Assembly: GCA_030648495.1 (NCBI GenBank)
Contig: JAUSHV010000045.1
Coordinates: 1 to 54,804 of the forward strand
Length of the DNA stretch: 54,804 bases
Source of the DNA: a bacterium
GTDB taxonomy: Bacteria > Patescibacteriota > Minisyncoccia > UBA11713 > 2-01-FULL-45-33
Direction of reading: 5' to 3'
The position numbers were made by a program, and so were the translations under genes. A model generated the notes under the pieces. That model was not told the origin of the DNA. It worked only from the letters and a program-made list of their open reading frames with translations, and ran no database searches. Shown here piece by piece: positions 25,821 through 36,080 of the stretch; position 1 is the stretch's first letter, and every line of letters begins with the position of its first letter.

Positions 25821-26963
25821 TTAAAATATCTGATAAATTAGCTCATAAAGTATACCCAGAGAAAAAATTGTGATCAAAAAATACTGCTGAATTTTCCCGA
25901 AGCTAAGAAGTCTGTTTTTAACAAGCCCCATAACCCTCATTCTTCTCAAAATATAAACTACCATAATGCCGTCGAAAGCCACAAATGTTCCGCCCATTAT
26001 GGAAATAAGCCTCAGAAAATCTTTTGCTCCGGCCAAAAAAAGAATAACCGGTATAGAGAGCGACGTGACCCATGCCGCAACCGGCGTTAACCGCAGATCC
26101 AGTTTATATATCGCATTAAGATTGTACCCCAGCGCCAAATAAGACCTGAAGATGGATAAAAAACCGAGCAACGCGCCTATTTTTACTATATTTGGGCCCA
26201 GAATACCGATAAGTCCTGTCATCGAGTCTTTTGACACTTCGCCGTCGCTTGCCATTAAGACTCCGAACGAAAATATGAGATAAAAAACAAATGATACGAC
26301 AGTGCCGAAAATAATCGCAAGCTTCAATAGCCGGCCGGTTTCAGACCCGTCTTTTTTTCTGAAAATATCGCGCGCGTCCGCAATGGCAGCGAGCCCCGCC
26401 AGCGCAAAAACAAATATACCGAAAGAAAAAAAACGGTCCGTTCCGAATAAATTTATGTTTTGAAAGCTTCCGCTGCCGTACGACAGCAAAGAAATAAAAA
26501 TAATTATCGCTATAAGGGGAATTGTCAAAACAAAATCTATAAAACCGATTCCCTCGATACTTTCAAATAATAGCAACAAAGACGCTGCGACGAAAAAAAC
26601 AAGAGACCAAATAAAAGGGCTTCCGCCTAAAAGTATGCCTAAAAAAATTCCGCCAACACCGCCAAAAATCAAAAGTGCGGTATTAAAACCCAATACCTGG
26701 GAAAGCGTAGCGAGCGAGCCGAAAAACTTACCCAGATATTTTTTAACGTACCCCGGTAAGCGATGCAGGCCGTCTGAATTTATGACGATCTCGCCATATG
26801 CCAAGTGTACCCCCAATATGCCGAAGAATGCCAAAAACGCCGTAATCAGGCCCCAGACCATTCCGGACACATTAATCGCGTAAGGCAATACGAAAATGCC
26901 TGACCCGATGATCATGCCCAAGATTAAGCCGGTGGCTTCCAAAAACTGGGCGCTAAAAAACAT
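25821..26963 (-). CDS. Aromatic amino-acid permease family transporter
   Basis: GMIIGSGIFVLPY; about 11 TMs. Confidence 0.85.
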   Translation of the reverse strand: MFFSAQFLEATGLILGMIIGSGIFVLPYAINVSGMVWGLITAFLAFFGILGVHLAYGEIVINSDGLHRLPGYVKKYLGKFFGSLATLSQVLGFNTALLIFGGVGGIFLGILLGGSPFIWSLVFFVAASLLLLFESIEGIGFIDFVLTIPLIAIIIFISLLSYGSGSFQNINLFGTDRFFSFGIFVFALAGLAAIADARDIFRKKDGSETGRLLKLAIIFGTVVSFVFYLIFSFGVLMASDGEVSKDSMTGLIGILGPNIVKIGALLGFLSIFRSYLALGYNLNAIYKLDLRLTPVAAWVTSLSIPVILFLAGAKDFLRLISIMGGTFVAFDGIMVVYILRRMRVMGLVKNRLLSFGKIQQYFLITIFSLGILYELIYQIF

Positions 26964-26965
26964 CC

Positions 26966-27418
26966 TTATTGCATATCATTATGAATATAGTTCTCGAAAG
27001 GCCTAAGCCCAAAAAGCACCAAGAGAACCAATATCGTAGTATAAGTAGCAATTGCAAAAAAACCGAATCCGGTTGCCATGCCGATTGCGGCCGCAACCCA
27101 AAGCCCGGCGGCGGTAGTGAGGCCTTCCAAATGTTCGCCTTTTTGCATTATGAGTCCCCCGCCGAGAAAACCTATACCCACGACGATGTTCGCGATTAAA
27201 TGATAATCGTATCCTGAAACTCCGTTAACGGACGGGAATAAATGATAAACATCTATCGACACGGTGGTAAATAGCGCTGCGCCGATAGTCACAAGCATAT
27301 AAGTCCTCAGCCCCGCCGGTTTGCCGCGCCACTCACGCTCAAACCCAATAAGCATTCCTAAAACCGCAGCTACGGTCAGCCGAGAGATTATTTGTAATGT
27401 AAGCGGATCTAACAACAT
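26966..27418 (-). CDS. MgtC/SapB family protein
   Basis: IGFERE...AGLRT, GIGFLGGG, GLTTAAGLW. Confidence 0.92.
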   Translation of the reverse strand: MLLDPLTLQIISRLTVAAVLGMLIGFEREWRGKPAGLRTYMLVTIGAALFTTVSIDVYHLFPSVNGVSGYDYHLIANIVVGIGFLGGGLIMQKGEHLEGLTTAAGLWVAAAIGMATGFGFFAIATYTTILVLLVLFGLRPFENYIHNDMQ

Positions 27419-27428
27419 AAAAATGTTT

Positions 27429-28001
27429 TTAAACTTTAATTAATTTTTCTTTTTTTATAAGTTCGATAACCTTTCCAACCAAACGCTTCGGGTCAGTATC
27501 ATAAACAATGTTCCCCGGGCCTCTTTTTGATTTTTCAATTATATCTTTAATTACATCTGTTGAGCCGCCGGAACCGTCTAAAACTCCTATTGGCTTTCCG
27601 TCCTCAAGCGCAATTGTAAATTCATTGATAGTTCCCCATCTGCCACAGCCGACTATCACAGCGTCTGCCGATTTTACCAAAAGCAAATTTCTGCCCGAAT
27701 ACCCGAAGCCTGTATAAATAATAATATCCATATAATCCACAGGCAGAAGATAATGTTCTAGATGCTCTTTTTCCGAACCTGCGGGAGAAATTCCGATGTT
27801 AAAACCTCCGGCTTCTTTAGCGCCGATTGCCGCCCAATAAGGAAAGCCTGTCGTGGCGCCATTTACCAAGACAGCACCGTTTTTGACGATTTCACTCCCC
27901 AAGATCTTGGCTTTATCTAGCGCATCCGGCGCACAATGCCCCGTCTCGGCCGCCCCAGAGACGCAAATCTTGTATTTAAGATGTATATGCTGATTGTCCA
28001 T
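27429..28001 (-). CDS. LOG/SLOG family nucleotide-binding protein
   Basis: NGATTG, IGISP, TGFGYSGRN, GTINE. Confidence 0.85.
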   Translation of the reverse strand: MDNQHIHLKYKICVSGAAETGHCAPDALDKAKILGSEIVKNGAVLVNGATTGFPYWAAIGAKEAGGFNIGISPAGSEKEHLEHYLLPVDYMDIIIYTGFGYSGRNLLLVKSADAVIVGCGRWGTINEFTIALEDGKPIGVLDGSGGSTDVIKDIIEKSKRGPGNIVYDTDPKRLVGKVIELIKKEKLIKV

Positions 28002-28004
28002 ATT

Positions 28005-29348
28005 TTATAGTATAACACTCTCTCCGTATTTTGGCGCTTCGGCGTCGATGCCCAGATAGTCGCGGATTTTTTGGACCATGGCTAAAGACGCTTTTGGTTC
28101 GCCGTGAATAGTAAAAACTTTTTTAAGACTATCTACGTGACTATTTATAAATTCAAACAGCGATACCTCATCAGGATGCGAAGAGTACCCATAAATAACC
28201 TCTTTATTACATCTTATCGGCACATCTTCCCCGAAAATCTTTACTGAAACCGCACCATCCGCGATACGTCTTCCCAATGAGCCGGGGGCCTGATAGCCGA
28301 TGAAAAGAATGGTACTTTTGGGATCAGAAAGATATCTCCTTTCGTGGTGCAATATCCTGCCCCCGGTGGACATTCCCGAACCTGCAATAATAATTTTTGG
28401 CAAAGGCGCGGAATTGATTGCAATAGAATCCTCCGTGGTCAGCGAAAAATGAACCATGGGAAGCTTAAAAAATGAAAATGATTCTTTATCGACATAAGCG
28501 CGGTTGAGATAAGAATAATATTTTTGATAAATTTCCGTTGCGTGTATCGCGAGCGGACTATCTAAAAAAATCTGCATATTAGGTATTTGTTTATTCCTTA
28601 ACATGTCGCTAATCTCCCACAAAAGTTCTTGGGTACGCTCAATCGAAAAGGCCGGTATCATAAGCACTCCTCCCTGCACTACGCTTTGTTCAATAACCCG
28701 CTCAAGTTTCAGCTTTTTTTCCGCAACGCCTTCGTGCTCGCGGTCGCCGTAAGTGGACTCCGTTATCAAATAGTCCGGGCTTGGAACTTTAGAAATACCA
28801 AGAAGCAAGGGGTTTGTCGGATTGCCAAGGTCTCCGGTAAACAAAATCTTTTTTGAGTCGACTTCCGCCATAATCATGGCCGAGCCCAAAACATGCCCTG
28901 CATCGTAAAGAGTGAAAGACATGTCGCCGACACTTACCGTGTCGTGATAATTTTTACCCTCCCAAAGAGCCATGGCTTTGTCCACATCCGCTTCAACATA
29001 TAAAATTTCTTCTTTTTCACGTTCAGCCTCTTTTGCCAACACACCGACACTGTCTTTTAACATCAATTGAGCGAGGTCCCGCGTCGGATAGGTAGAATAG
29101 ATTTTTCCCTTAAATCCTTCTTTGATTAGTTTCGGAATCCTGCCGGTATGGTCAACGTGCGCGTGAGTGATAAAAAGCGCGTCAATGCCTTTCGGATCAA
29201 ACGGAAATGGCTCTCTATTTTTTGTATTTGAAAAACGCGGAGACTGAAAAAGCCCGCAGTCTATAAGCACCTTGGTTTTATCATCTTCAATAAGGAAGCA
29301 GCTTCCGGTGACTTCCTGTGCCGCTCCAAAAAATGAAAGCTTAACCAT
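28005..29348 (-). CDS. MBL/beta-CASP ribonuclease (start MVKLSF)
   Basis: GAAQEVTGS, THAHVDH, AGHVLGS, TESTYG, SGMSTGG, YSSH, HGE. Confidence 0.93.
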   Translation of the reverse strand: MVKLSFFGAAQEVTGSCFLIEDDKTKVLIDCGLFQSPRFSNTKNREPFPFDPKGIDALFITHAHVDHTGRIPKLIKEGFKGKIYSTYPTRDLAQLMLKDSVGVLAKEAEREKEEILYVEADVDKAMALWEGKNYHDTVSVGDMSFTLYDAGHVLGSAMIMAEVDSKKILFTGDLGNPTNPLLLGISKVPSPDYLITESTYGDREHEGVAEKKLKLERVIEQSVVQGGVLMIPAFSIERTQELLWEISDMLRNKQIPNMQIFLDSPLAIHATEIYQKYYSYLNRAYVDKESFSFFKLPMVHFSLTTEDSIAINSAPLPKIIIAGSGMSTGGRILHHERRYLSDPKSTILFIGYQAPGSLGRRIADGAVSVKIFGEDVPIRCNKEVIYGYSSHPDEVSLFEFINSHVDSLKKVFTIHGEPKASLAMVQKIRDYLGIDAEAPKYGESVIL

Positions 29349-29754
29349 AAAATTTATTATACAATAAAAACGCCGTTGACCCGCCGAAAAAATCAAGCAA
29401 GAGGTCGGACAAGGTGTCTTCGTATACGCCCGACAAATAAGTAAATCCGGTATGCATAATGAACCTATCCAGAATAAATTCAAAAAATTCCCAGAAAACC
29501 CCAATAAACATCACAAAACCGATACCTGCCAAAAATAAGAAAAAAAACTTCCGCAAACCGGCGATTTCCGCATTCAAGCCTTTTCCAAAAGCCCGCCACA
29601 AGACATACACCGAAAATCCCCCAAAAAAATGGAATGGTATATCTAACCACTTAATCAGAAAAAAAAGTCCGTAATTGAGCCCGATAACCCACGCGCCGAA
29701 AAGCAGAATCAATAAAATAAAAGCAAAAGTATAAGAAACAAAAAAACTTCTCAT
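29341..29754 (-). CDS. Small membrane protein (VanZ/DUF2238-like pattern)
   Basis: DIPFHFFGG...WEFFEF...DTLSDLLLD. Confidence 0.7.
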   Translation of the reverse strand: MRSFFVSYTFAFILLILLFGAWVIGLNYGLFFLIKWLDIPFHFFGGFSVYVLWRAFGKGLNAEIAGLRKFFFLFLAGIGFVMFIGVFWEFFEFILDRFIMHTGFTYLSGVYEDTLSDLLLDFFGGSTAFLLYNKFYG

Positions 29755-30209
29755 TTTTTGGAAATTATTTTTTCAACCATTGCAATCTCATCCCAAATGC
29801 CTTCAATGAGCTCGTACTCTCTGGCCTCTTCGAGCGAAACCCATTTATAATCGGTCAAATCTTTACAAAGCATTACCTCTCCGCTTTTCCAATTACACCA
29901 ATAAGATAACGTAATCACCGGGAATCCATCAGGTCTGACAAATAATAAATCGGTTAAATAACTTGGATTTTCTATTTCCAAACCAACTTCCTCGCGCACC
30001 TCTTTTGCCAATAGCCAATTTATTATTCCATACCACGCGTCCTTAGTTGTTTTAGGAACATCTTTATATTCCGAATAAACCAACTTTCCGCCGGGCACTG
30101 TCCACATATTCGGATAAGCTTTCTCCGTTGGCGCGCGCTTGGCAATTAAATATTTTCCGTCGCGGACGATTATGGCGGTAGCAACAACAAAATGCAATCT
30201 AGGATCCAT
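29751..30209 (-). CDS. NUDIX hydrolase
   Basis: PGGK...KEVREEVGL Nudix box. Confidence 0.9.
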   Translation of the reverse strand: MDPRLHFVVATAIIVRDGKYLIAKRAPTEKAYPNMWTVPGGKLVYSEYKDVPKTTKDAWYGIINWLLAKEVREEVGLEIENPSYLTDLLFVRPDGFPVITLSYWCNWKSGEVMLCKDLTDYKWVSLEEAREYELIEGIWDEIAMVEKIISKK

Positions 30210-30814
30210 TACTCGAGTATGCCATCTAAGTTAATATCGTAAAGAATCGCTTCTCCTACCAATTTATATTTTATGAGCTCCTCTTTATTAAACCAGAGAA
30301 CAATTTCTTTTTCGGCGTCATCAGTTGAACCGGAAGCGTGTATTAGATTTCTTACGGCCCTTCCGTCAATATCCGAAACCTCGTATGAGTCTATTGTAAG
30401 GTCTCCGCGGATAGTACCCACATCCGAAGTTAAAGGCTCCGTTCCTCCGGTAATTTTTCTCACAACTCCTACCGCGTGCATCCCCTGCCAAACCATAGCA
30501 ACTACCGGACCCTGTACCATGTATTTTTTCAGGTTACCCAAAATAATCTCGGTAACTTTCAGCGGGTCTTCCGAAGGAGGGCTTTTCCCTTTTTTCAGAT
30601 ACGATTCAATCGTCTTTTTCCCAGTTTTCATGCGCCATTCCGGATCCACCAAATAATGGCGCTCCACGAGTTCCGCCGTTGGAATAAGCATTTTCATGGC
30701 CGCAAGTTTTAATCCGCTGCGCTCATAACGGCAAATTATCTCGCCAATCAGGCTTCTTTGAACTCCGTCGGGTTTTATTAAAACCAAAGTTCGCTCTTCT
30801 TTTGGGTGTGTCAT
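30209..30814 (-). CDS. ndk: Nucleoside-diphosphate kinase
   Basis: ERTLVLIKPDGVQR, GTIRGD, RNLIHAS. Confidence 0.95.
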   Translation of the reverse strand: MTHPKEERTLVLIKPDGVQRSLIGEIICRYERSGLKLAAMKMLIPTAELVERHYLVDPEWRMKTGKKTIESYLKKGKSPPSEDPLKVTEIILGNLKKYMVQGPVVAMVWQGMHAVGVVRKITGGTEPLTSDVGTIRGDLTIDSYEVSDIDGRAVRNLIHASGSTDDAEKEIVLWFNKEELIKYKLVGEAILYDINLDGILE

Positions 30815-30897
30815 AATAAAGCCAGTTTAAAGAATTTTTGGTTATTTGACAAGGAATAAAATACTGCTAAGCTTGGGGAAGATGTTGAGGAAAAACA

Positions 30898-31329
30898 ATG
30901 AAAATCTATTTAATTTGCCCCGTAAGAAAATGCGGAAAAAGAGAAAGAAAAATAATAGGAAAATATGTTAGCGGGTTGGAAGCCGCCGGAAATAAAGTTT
31001 TTTGGGCAGACAGAGACGTTGAGCAAAATGACGATACCGGCATCGGCATCATCACTGCGGAACGGCAAGCAATAAAAGAAGCTGACGAAATTCATGTCTG
31101 GTGGAAACACAAGCCCAGTGGCGCGTCGAAATCCGAGGGTTCGGTTTTTGACTTCGGCATGGCTTGGATGGCAATACTTTTAATGCCCGGAAAAAAAATA
31201 AGGATTGCCAACCCGGAAATGGTAAAAGCGCCGCCGCACAAAAGCTATACAACCGTGCTTGTGGCATTGGTTGCAGCCGCGCGCCACGCAGAGTTGCTTT
31301 CTCAATATGAGGAATATAAATCAAAATAG
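30898..31329 (+). CDS. Nucleoside 2'-deoxyribosyltransferase-like protein
   Basis: KIYLICP...AIKEADEI...SEGSVFDFGMA; own promoter TTGACA-16-TAAGCT and SD. Confidence 0.65.
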   Translation: MKIYLICPVRKCGKRERKIIGKYVSGLEAAGNKVFWADRDVEQNDDTGIGIITAERQAIKEADEIHVWWKHKPSGASKSEGSVFDFGMAWMAILLMPGKKIRIANPEMVKAPPHKSYTTVLVALVAAARHAELLSQYEEYKSK

Positions 31330-31349
31330 CCCGCTACAGGGCTATTTTT
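31323..31349. terminator. Bidirectional terminator
   Basis: AAAATAGCCC-GCTACA-GGGCTATTTT between convergent genes. Confidence 0.75.
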
Positions 31350-32232
31350 ATTTTCCCGAAATTAATTTCAATGTGCCGTTGCTAATGCTTAACTTAATCG
31401 TTCCGTCCAAGTCAGTGCGGAAAATTTTTGCACCGATAGCTTCCAGATTTGAAAGTGTTTGTTGGGTAGGATGTCCGTAACGATTTTTTGCGCCAACCGA
31501 AATTATGGCATATTCGGGTTTTGTGGCTTCGAGAAAAAATGTATTGCTTGAAGTCTTAGAACCGTGATGCCCGACCTTTAAAACATCTATGTCGCCGACC
31601 GCGTCCTCATAAACAAGCCGCGCCTCTATATTTTTCTCCGCATCTCCCATAAATAAGATTTTTTTGTCTTCAAAATTAAGCTCGCCGACGACGGTGGCGT
31701 CATGCACGTTTTTAAGGACCTCTCCATCATACGAGCGTTCCGGATACAAAAATTTCAAAACTGCGCCACCATAGAAATACATTTCTACAGGGCTATCAAT
31801 AATAATTTTTTTAATATTTTTAGCTTTTATAATCCGCTCAAATTCATGATATTCAGCGGTGTTATAGTCGGCGCCGCTCTCTATTACCATACCGATCTTG
31901 TATCGATTAAGCACATCTATAAGCCCTGTAACATGGTCGGCGTGTTGATGCGTGAGTATTACCAAATCAATTGAATTATCATAGTACGGCATTACACGAC
32001 CTAACTCCGAAAGAACTTTTGTGTTCGGTCCGCCATCGATTAATATTTGTGTGCCGTCCTTGGCCGATATAAATTCAGAATCTCCCTGCCCCACATCAAA
32101 AAAATAAACAGAGAGATCCGGTTCCGCCGCTTTTTTAAAAACAGAGGACCAAATAACAAAATTAAAACCGAAAAACAACAATATTACACAGCTTAAAATT
32201 TGTTTTCTATAAATTTCAAAAAACTTTCGCAT
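31348..32232 (-). CDS. ComEC-type metallo-beta-lactamase domain protein
   Basis: DVGQGDS, IDGG, THQHADH, MGDAE, KVGHHGS, NRYGHP, RTD. Confidence 0.93.
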   Translation of the reverse strand: MRKFFEIYRKQILSCVILLFFGFNFVIWSSVFKKAAEPDLSVYFFDVGQGDSEFISAKDGTQILIDGGPNTKVLSELGRVMPYYDNSIDLVILTHQHADHVTGLIDVLNRYKIGMVIESGADYNTAEYHEFERIIKAKNIKKIIIDSPVEMYFYGGAVLKFLYPERSYDGEVLKNVHDATVVGELNFEDKKILFMGDAEKNIEARLVYEDAVGDIDVLKVGHHGSKTSSNTFFLEATKPEYAIISVGAKNRYGHPTQQTLSNLEAIGAKIFRTDLDGTIKLSISNGTLKLISGK

Positions 32233-33823
32233 AATGTTTGTATGCCCAATAAAAAAGACATGCGTAAACCGACGCCAGCAAGAAGAAAGGCAAAAAACTA
32301 AATTGAATCATGCTAAAAGAAAGCGACCCGAAAAATTTAACAAAATAGATTTGATAAGAAATCAATAAGTAAGCCGCGCTTGCGATGATTTTTCCTAAAA
32401 ACACGGAGGCGAAAGCTGATATCGCACCTAAAAAACTAAAAAGCATAACGGCAGGCACCGCCCATAAAACAAGTATATTGACCAATGGGGAAAACCAAGA
32501 AATCGCCCCACCCCAGGATAAAAGCAGCGGCATAACGAAAATTTGCGCCGCAAAAGAAGATGAGGCGTTTTCCCGCAAACCGAAGGCTTTGGGCAGAAAC
32601 CAAAAAAACTTTTTAAAAAAAGGCGATGCGACAATAAGGCCTAGTGTTGCTAAAAAAGAAAGCTGAAACCCACGGTCAAAACGCATGAGCATCGGATTCC
32701 ATAAAACCATCAGAAACGCCGCCCAAATCAAGGCCAAGAGCGCGATATTTTTCCGCCCGCTTTTTAACGCCAAAAGTCCGATTATAGCCATAACAGCTGA
32801 ACGCACAGCTGCGGCCTCTGCCCCGGACATTAATGTAAAAGCCAAAATGGCAAATATTGCCAAACTCCATGCCGCCGTTTCAGAAACAATAAATCCAAAA
32901 AACGCCATTACAAATACTCCGACAATCGTAATATTGTAGCCCGACAAAACCAATATATGGATAGTCCCGCTTTTTCTAAAATCATCAATTAAATCTTTGT
33001 CCAAGACGCCCTGGTTTCCTAAAAGCATCCCGTCGGCCAAAGAAGCGTGCGGTTCAGGTAAAATATTTCTTAGATTTTCTTCAAATTTATCTTTGATGAA
33101 GAAAAGCGCGCTCTTTGCCTTAGTACCAAACAAAGTTTGTGTTTTCGTCAAATCGCTGACTTCAGGAAAAACCATCTCCGCGTAAATTTCGCTCTTTGCC
33201 AGATATTTTTTAACATCAAAATTTCCGAAGTCTTCCGGCTCCAAAATTTTTCCTTTTATCTCCAAAGTGTCGCCGTATTTATACTGCGGATAGATTCTTT
33301 TCGTTACCAAAATGCGGCCGAGGTCCGTCGAAACAACTATGCGCTGGGAATTTTCTGTCAGTTTCGCGGAGATAACCATGCCGCTCAAATTCATAACTTC
33401 ATCGTAATGCAAATGCAATTCGTCTTTTGCAATATTATTTTCAAAATATGAAAAACGCAGGATGCCGAGGAGGAAAAAGAAAATGAGCAGACAAAGCATT
33501 GCGCCCTTTACCTCAGCACCAAAGTTTCCAAGGACACGCATATTTTTCTGCTGAAAAATTTCTCTGCTCGTCCCGCCATGGCGGGACTGCGCAAGGTCTT
33601 GAAAACTTTGTGCTTTCGGTTCAGGCGAGCGCTGTTCGTATTTCGAATGCGCGTCGGAGCCCCCGAAGAGAGGGTTAAGCGCGAGAAATACGAATAGCGC
33701 AAGCATGAACCCTAACAAACCAAAAACCAAATAATTAGGAATATCAAAAAACGAGCGAAGCGCTACTCCGGTCAAAAACGCAAGAATTAAAAATGGGATT
33801 TTAAAATAAGCGCGCTGGTTCAT
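32216..33823 (-). CDS. comEC: ComEC/Rec2 DNA uptake channel with a ~60-aa repeat-derived insert
   Basis: GMLLG, HILVLSGYNI, RSAVM, GFQLSFLAT. Confidence 0.92.
   Translation of the reverse strand: MNQRAYFKIPFLILAFLTGVALRSFFDIPNYLVFGLLGFMLALFVFLALNPLFGGSDAHSKYEQRSPEPKAQSFQDLAQSRHGGTSREIFQQKNMRVLGNFGAEVKGAMLCLLIFFFLLGILRFSYFENNIAKDELHLHYDEVMNLSGMVISAKLTENSQRIVVSTDLGRILVTKRIYPQYKYGDTLEIKGKILEPEDFGNFDVKKYLAKSEIYAEMVFPEVSDLTKTQTLFGTKAKSALFFIKDKFEENLRNILPEPHASLADGMLLGNQGVLDKDLIDDFRKSGTIHILVLSGYNITIVGVFVMAFFGFIVSETAAWSLAIFAILAFTLMSGAEAAAVRSAVMAIIGLLALKSGRKNIALLALIWAAFLMVLWNPMLMRFDRGFQLSFLATLGLIVASPFFKKFFWFLPKAFGLRENASSSFAAQIFVMPLLLSWGGAISWFSPLVNILVLWAVPAVMLFSFLGAISAFASVFLGKIIASAAYLLISYQIYFVKFFGSLSFSMIQFSFLPFFLLASVYACLFYWAYKHYAKVF
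33515..33690 (-). repeat. Composite element in comEC: argS-type element (about 33620-33690) followed by ~95-nt element copy C (33515-33614)
   Basis: Minus strand AGCACAAAGTTTTCAAGACCTTGCGCA-GTCCCGCCATGGCGGGAC-GAGCAGAGAAA-TTTTTCagcaGAAAAA-TATGCGTGTCCTTGGAAACTTTGGTGCT. Confidence 0.85.
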
Positions 33824-34250
33824 TGTCTAAGGCCTCGTTCACGAGCCTATCCGCATCTTTGTTCTTTTCCCTCGGAACGTGGTTAAAAGACACTCTAGCA
33901 AAATCCAATTTTAAGTTCCAGACCGCCATAAAAAGCGGCACAATGTGCTCTGTTTCCACCTTGTATTGCCCGGAGAGCTGGCGCACAACCAATTCCGAAT
34001 CCAGTCTCATCTCTACCTCCATTTTTTTGGTTTTTTCTTTTCCGTAGAGAGCTTTTATTTTTTTGAGCGCCGAAATTACGGCGGCGTATTCGGCTTCATT
34101 GTTTGTCTTAATCCCAAGCCTATCGCCGTATTCTTTAATCAAATTACCTTCCGCGTCTTGTATATATACGCCAATCGCCGCTTCTCCCGGATTCCCCCGC
34201 GATCCACCGTCGGTATAAGTGATTATTTTATTTGTAATTTCATTAGGCAT
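33801..34250 (-). CDS. rnhA: Ribonuclease HI
   Basis: DGGSRGNPG, TNNEAEY, DSELVV, PREKNKDAD. Confidence 0.93.
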   Translation of the reverse strand: MPNEITNKIITYTDGGSRGNPGEAAIGVYIQDAEGNLIKEYGDRLGIKTNNEAEYAAVISALKKIKALYGKEKTKKMEVEMRLDSELVVRQLSGQYKVETEHIVPLFMAVWNLKLDFARVSFNHVPREKNKDADRLVNEALDNEPARLF

Positions 34251-35199
34251 GTTTATTTAAATAGGCGATAAGTTGGGGCAGAGCGCTTAATGCCTTTTCT
34301 TTAGTTTTAAAAGGAGCTGAACCCGCATAAGGATGGCCGCCTCCGCCGTAATTTTTTTCAAGAAACCAACCGATGTCGGCCGGCTTTTTGGGCGAATTCC
34401 AAGGATTTACACCGACAGCCAAAATAAAAATTTTTCCATGTTGTACAAAACGTATGGAATAATTGGACTTCGGATAAAAATAATAAGGCGCAAAACGCAC
34501 GCCTATAACTTTTCTTTCTAAATTATCTATAAAAACGGTTTTGCCCTGCAAAATCAACATTTTTTTCATCTGCAGTAACGATTTATCAAACTTTTTTTTA
34601 TATTTTATAAAACCCCTTCTTACCCACGGTAAATTCGCGGCGGAAGCCAAGGGCCTTTTGCTTAAAACATCAATCAACTGTTTTTGGCGACTCAACGAAA
34701 CCTTGCTTTCGTTATCGAGAAAAAAACCTATCTGAAAAGCAGGAGATTTTAATTCCAGTAAATCTTTCACGGAAATTTTCTTAGAATCAATCCTATCTAT
34801 AATATCGGCCCATTTCGCTAGCTCTTTAAGACGCACCGGGATTTTGGATTCTGTGCGCGAAGACAATGTCCTTAAAATCAATCCGGTACAAGATGGGCTT
34901 TTTGTGTCTAGGATATGCCAATCATCTTTTCGGAATTTTTTCTCCCAATTGTTATCGATAAAAGTCGTCGGATGGTGGTCAAACCAAATTTTAGCTCCGG
35001 GGTGATATAAAATATCGGTTATAGCCGAAGGTTGCTCCATTTTGAAGCTTCTCCACCATTTTTTATTTACTGGGTGCTGGAGCGGAATGTATTTTGCAAA
35101 ATCATCTCCCCGCAAATTCAAAAAGTACTTGAGCGTCGCCGCCGACGCTGCTCCATCTAGACAATTTGCATGAAAGTAAATATCGTATTTCATATTCAT
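34243..35199 (-). CDS. DHH-family phosphoesterase
   Basis: HANCLDG, TD, FDHH, GGGHPYAG. Confidence 0.88.
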   Translation of the reverse strand: MNMKYDIYFHANCLDGAASAATLKYFLNLRGDDFAKYIPLQHPVNKKWWRSFKMEQPSAITDILYHPGAKIWFDHHPTTFIDNNWEKKFRKDDWHILDTKSPSCTGLILRTLSSRTESKIPVRLKELAKWADIIDRIDSKKISVKDLLELKSPAFQIGFFLDNESKVSLSRQKQLIDVLSKRPLASAANLPWVRRGFIKYKKKFDKSLLQMKKMLILQGKTVFIDNLERKVIGVRFAPYYFYPKSNYSIRFVQHGKIFILAVGVNPWNSPKKPADIGWFLEKNYGGGGHPYAGSAPFKTKEKALSALPQLIAYLNKHA

Positions 35200-36020
35200 A
35201 AATATCCCACCTGTTTTAACCAATAATCGTTGTCCCATTCCCAGAGAGTTTTGGCGGCGAGAAATGCTTTGATGTCTTTAAAATAATACGGAAACTCGCG
35301 GAGCTCAACAATGCCTTTTGTCGGCCCCCAATAGTGGTCTTCGTGAGACGACCCGCAATGGGCTCCTGTGTTGTCGTTTTTGCTTTGATATGAAGTCCTT
35401 ACTTTGTTTCTGCCTCCTTTTTCACGAAGACCGGCGCCACATCTTAAACATGTTTTTTGCTGGTCAATCCGCAATATCCAGCGCGTCTGTATCTCTTGGG
35501 GCAATGCGAGCGCGGATCTGATTGCAGGCTCTTGAAGCGCCAAAACATACGCCGCGGTCTGCAAATTGTAATCTGAATAAAATCCCGTCGAAGTTTTAAT
35601 ATCTAAAACTCCAAATTTTCCTCCGATAGTGGCAAGCGCGTCCACCGTTCCGGAAAATTTATGTAGTTGCGACCATATCGGGCGCTCTACATATTGCGGG
35701 TGAAAAACAATATTGTTTTTTTGATAAAATTCATTAAAAGCTGTCGCTGCGGGTTCAATCTCTTTGGGTATATCGACAGGCACGCCAACGGCAAGCTTTT
35801 GAACCGTTTCATGGACAAGTGTTCCTTCTTCAGCAGATTTATTTGTAACCGCTTCCACATCGGACATTTTCTCAACCTCTTTCCCCATTTCAAAATAATA
35901 ACCGTGCAAGGCGGGCTTCGCTTTCACTTCCAAAATTTTGGTAACCCGCGGATACCAAACGCCCCCAACCTCATGCCCCGCCGCTTTTTTAAAACTTTCC
36001 GCATCCTTATACCAAGCCAT
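35196..36020 (-). CDS. PD-(D/E)XK nuclease with a C-terminal Cys/His cluster
   Basis: GTLVH, VERP, GTVD...DIKTS, LQTAAY; CLRC...HC...H. Confidence 0.82.
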   Translation of the reverse strand: MAWYKDAESFKKAAGHEVGGVWYPRVTKILEVKAKPALHGYYFEMGKEVEKMSDVEAVTNKSAEEGTLVHETVQKLAVGVPVDIPKEIEPAATAFNEFYQKNNIVFHPQYVERPIWSQLHKFSGTVDALATIGGKFGVLDIKTSTGFYSDYNLQTAAYVLALQEPAIRSALALPQEIQTRWILRIDQQKTCLRCGAGLREKGGRNKVRTSYQSKNDNTGAHCGSSHEDHYWGPTKGIVELREFPYYFKDIKAFLAAKTLWEWDNDYWLKQVGYL

Positions 36021-36051
36021 ATTGGAGTAGTATAGCCTAGAAGCACAAAAT

Positions 36052-36080
36052 AAAAAAGCGTTGAAATATCAACGCTTTTT
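36052..36080 (-). terminator. Terminator after pgk
   Basis: AAAAAGCGTTGA-AATA-TCAACGCTTTTT. Confidence 0.75.
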
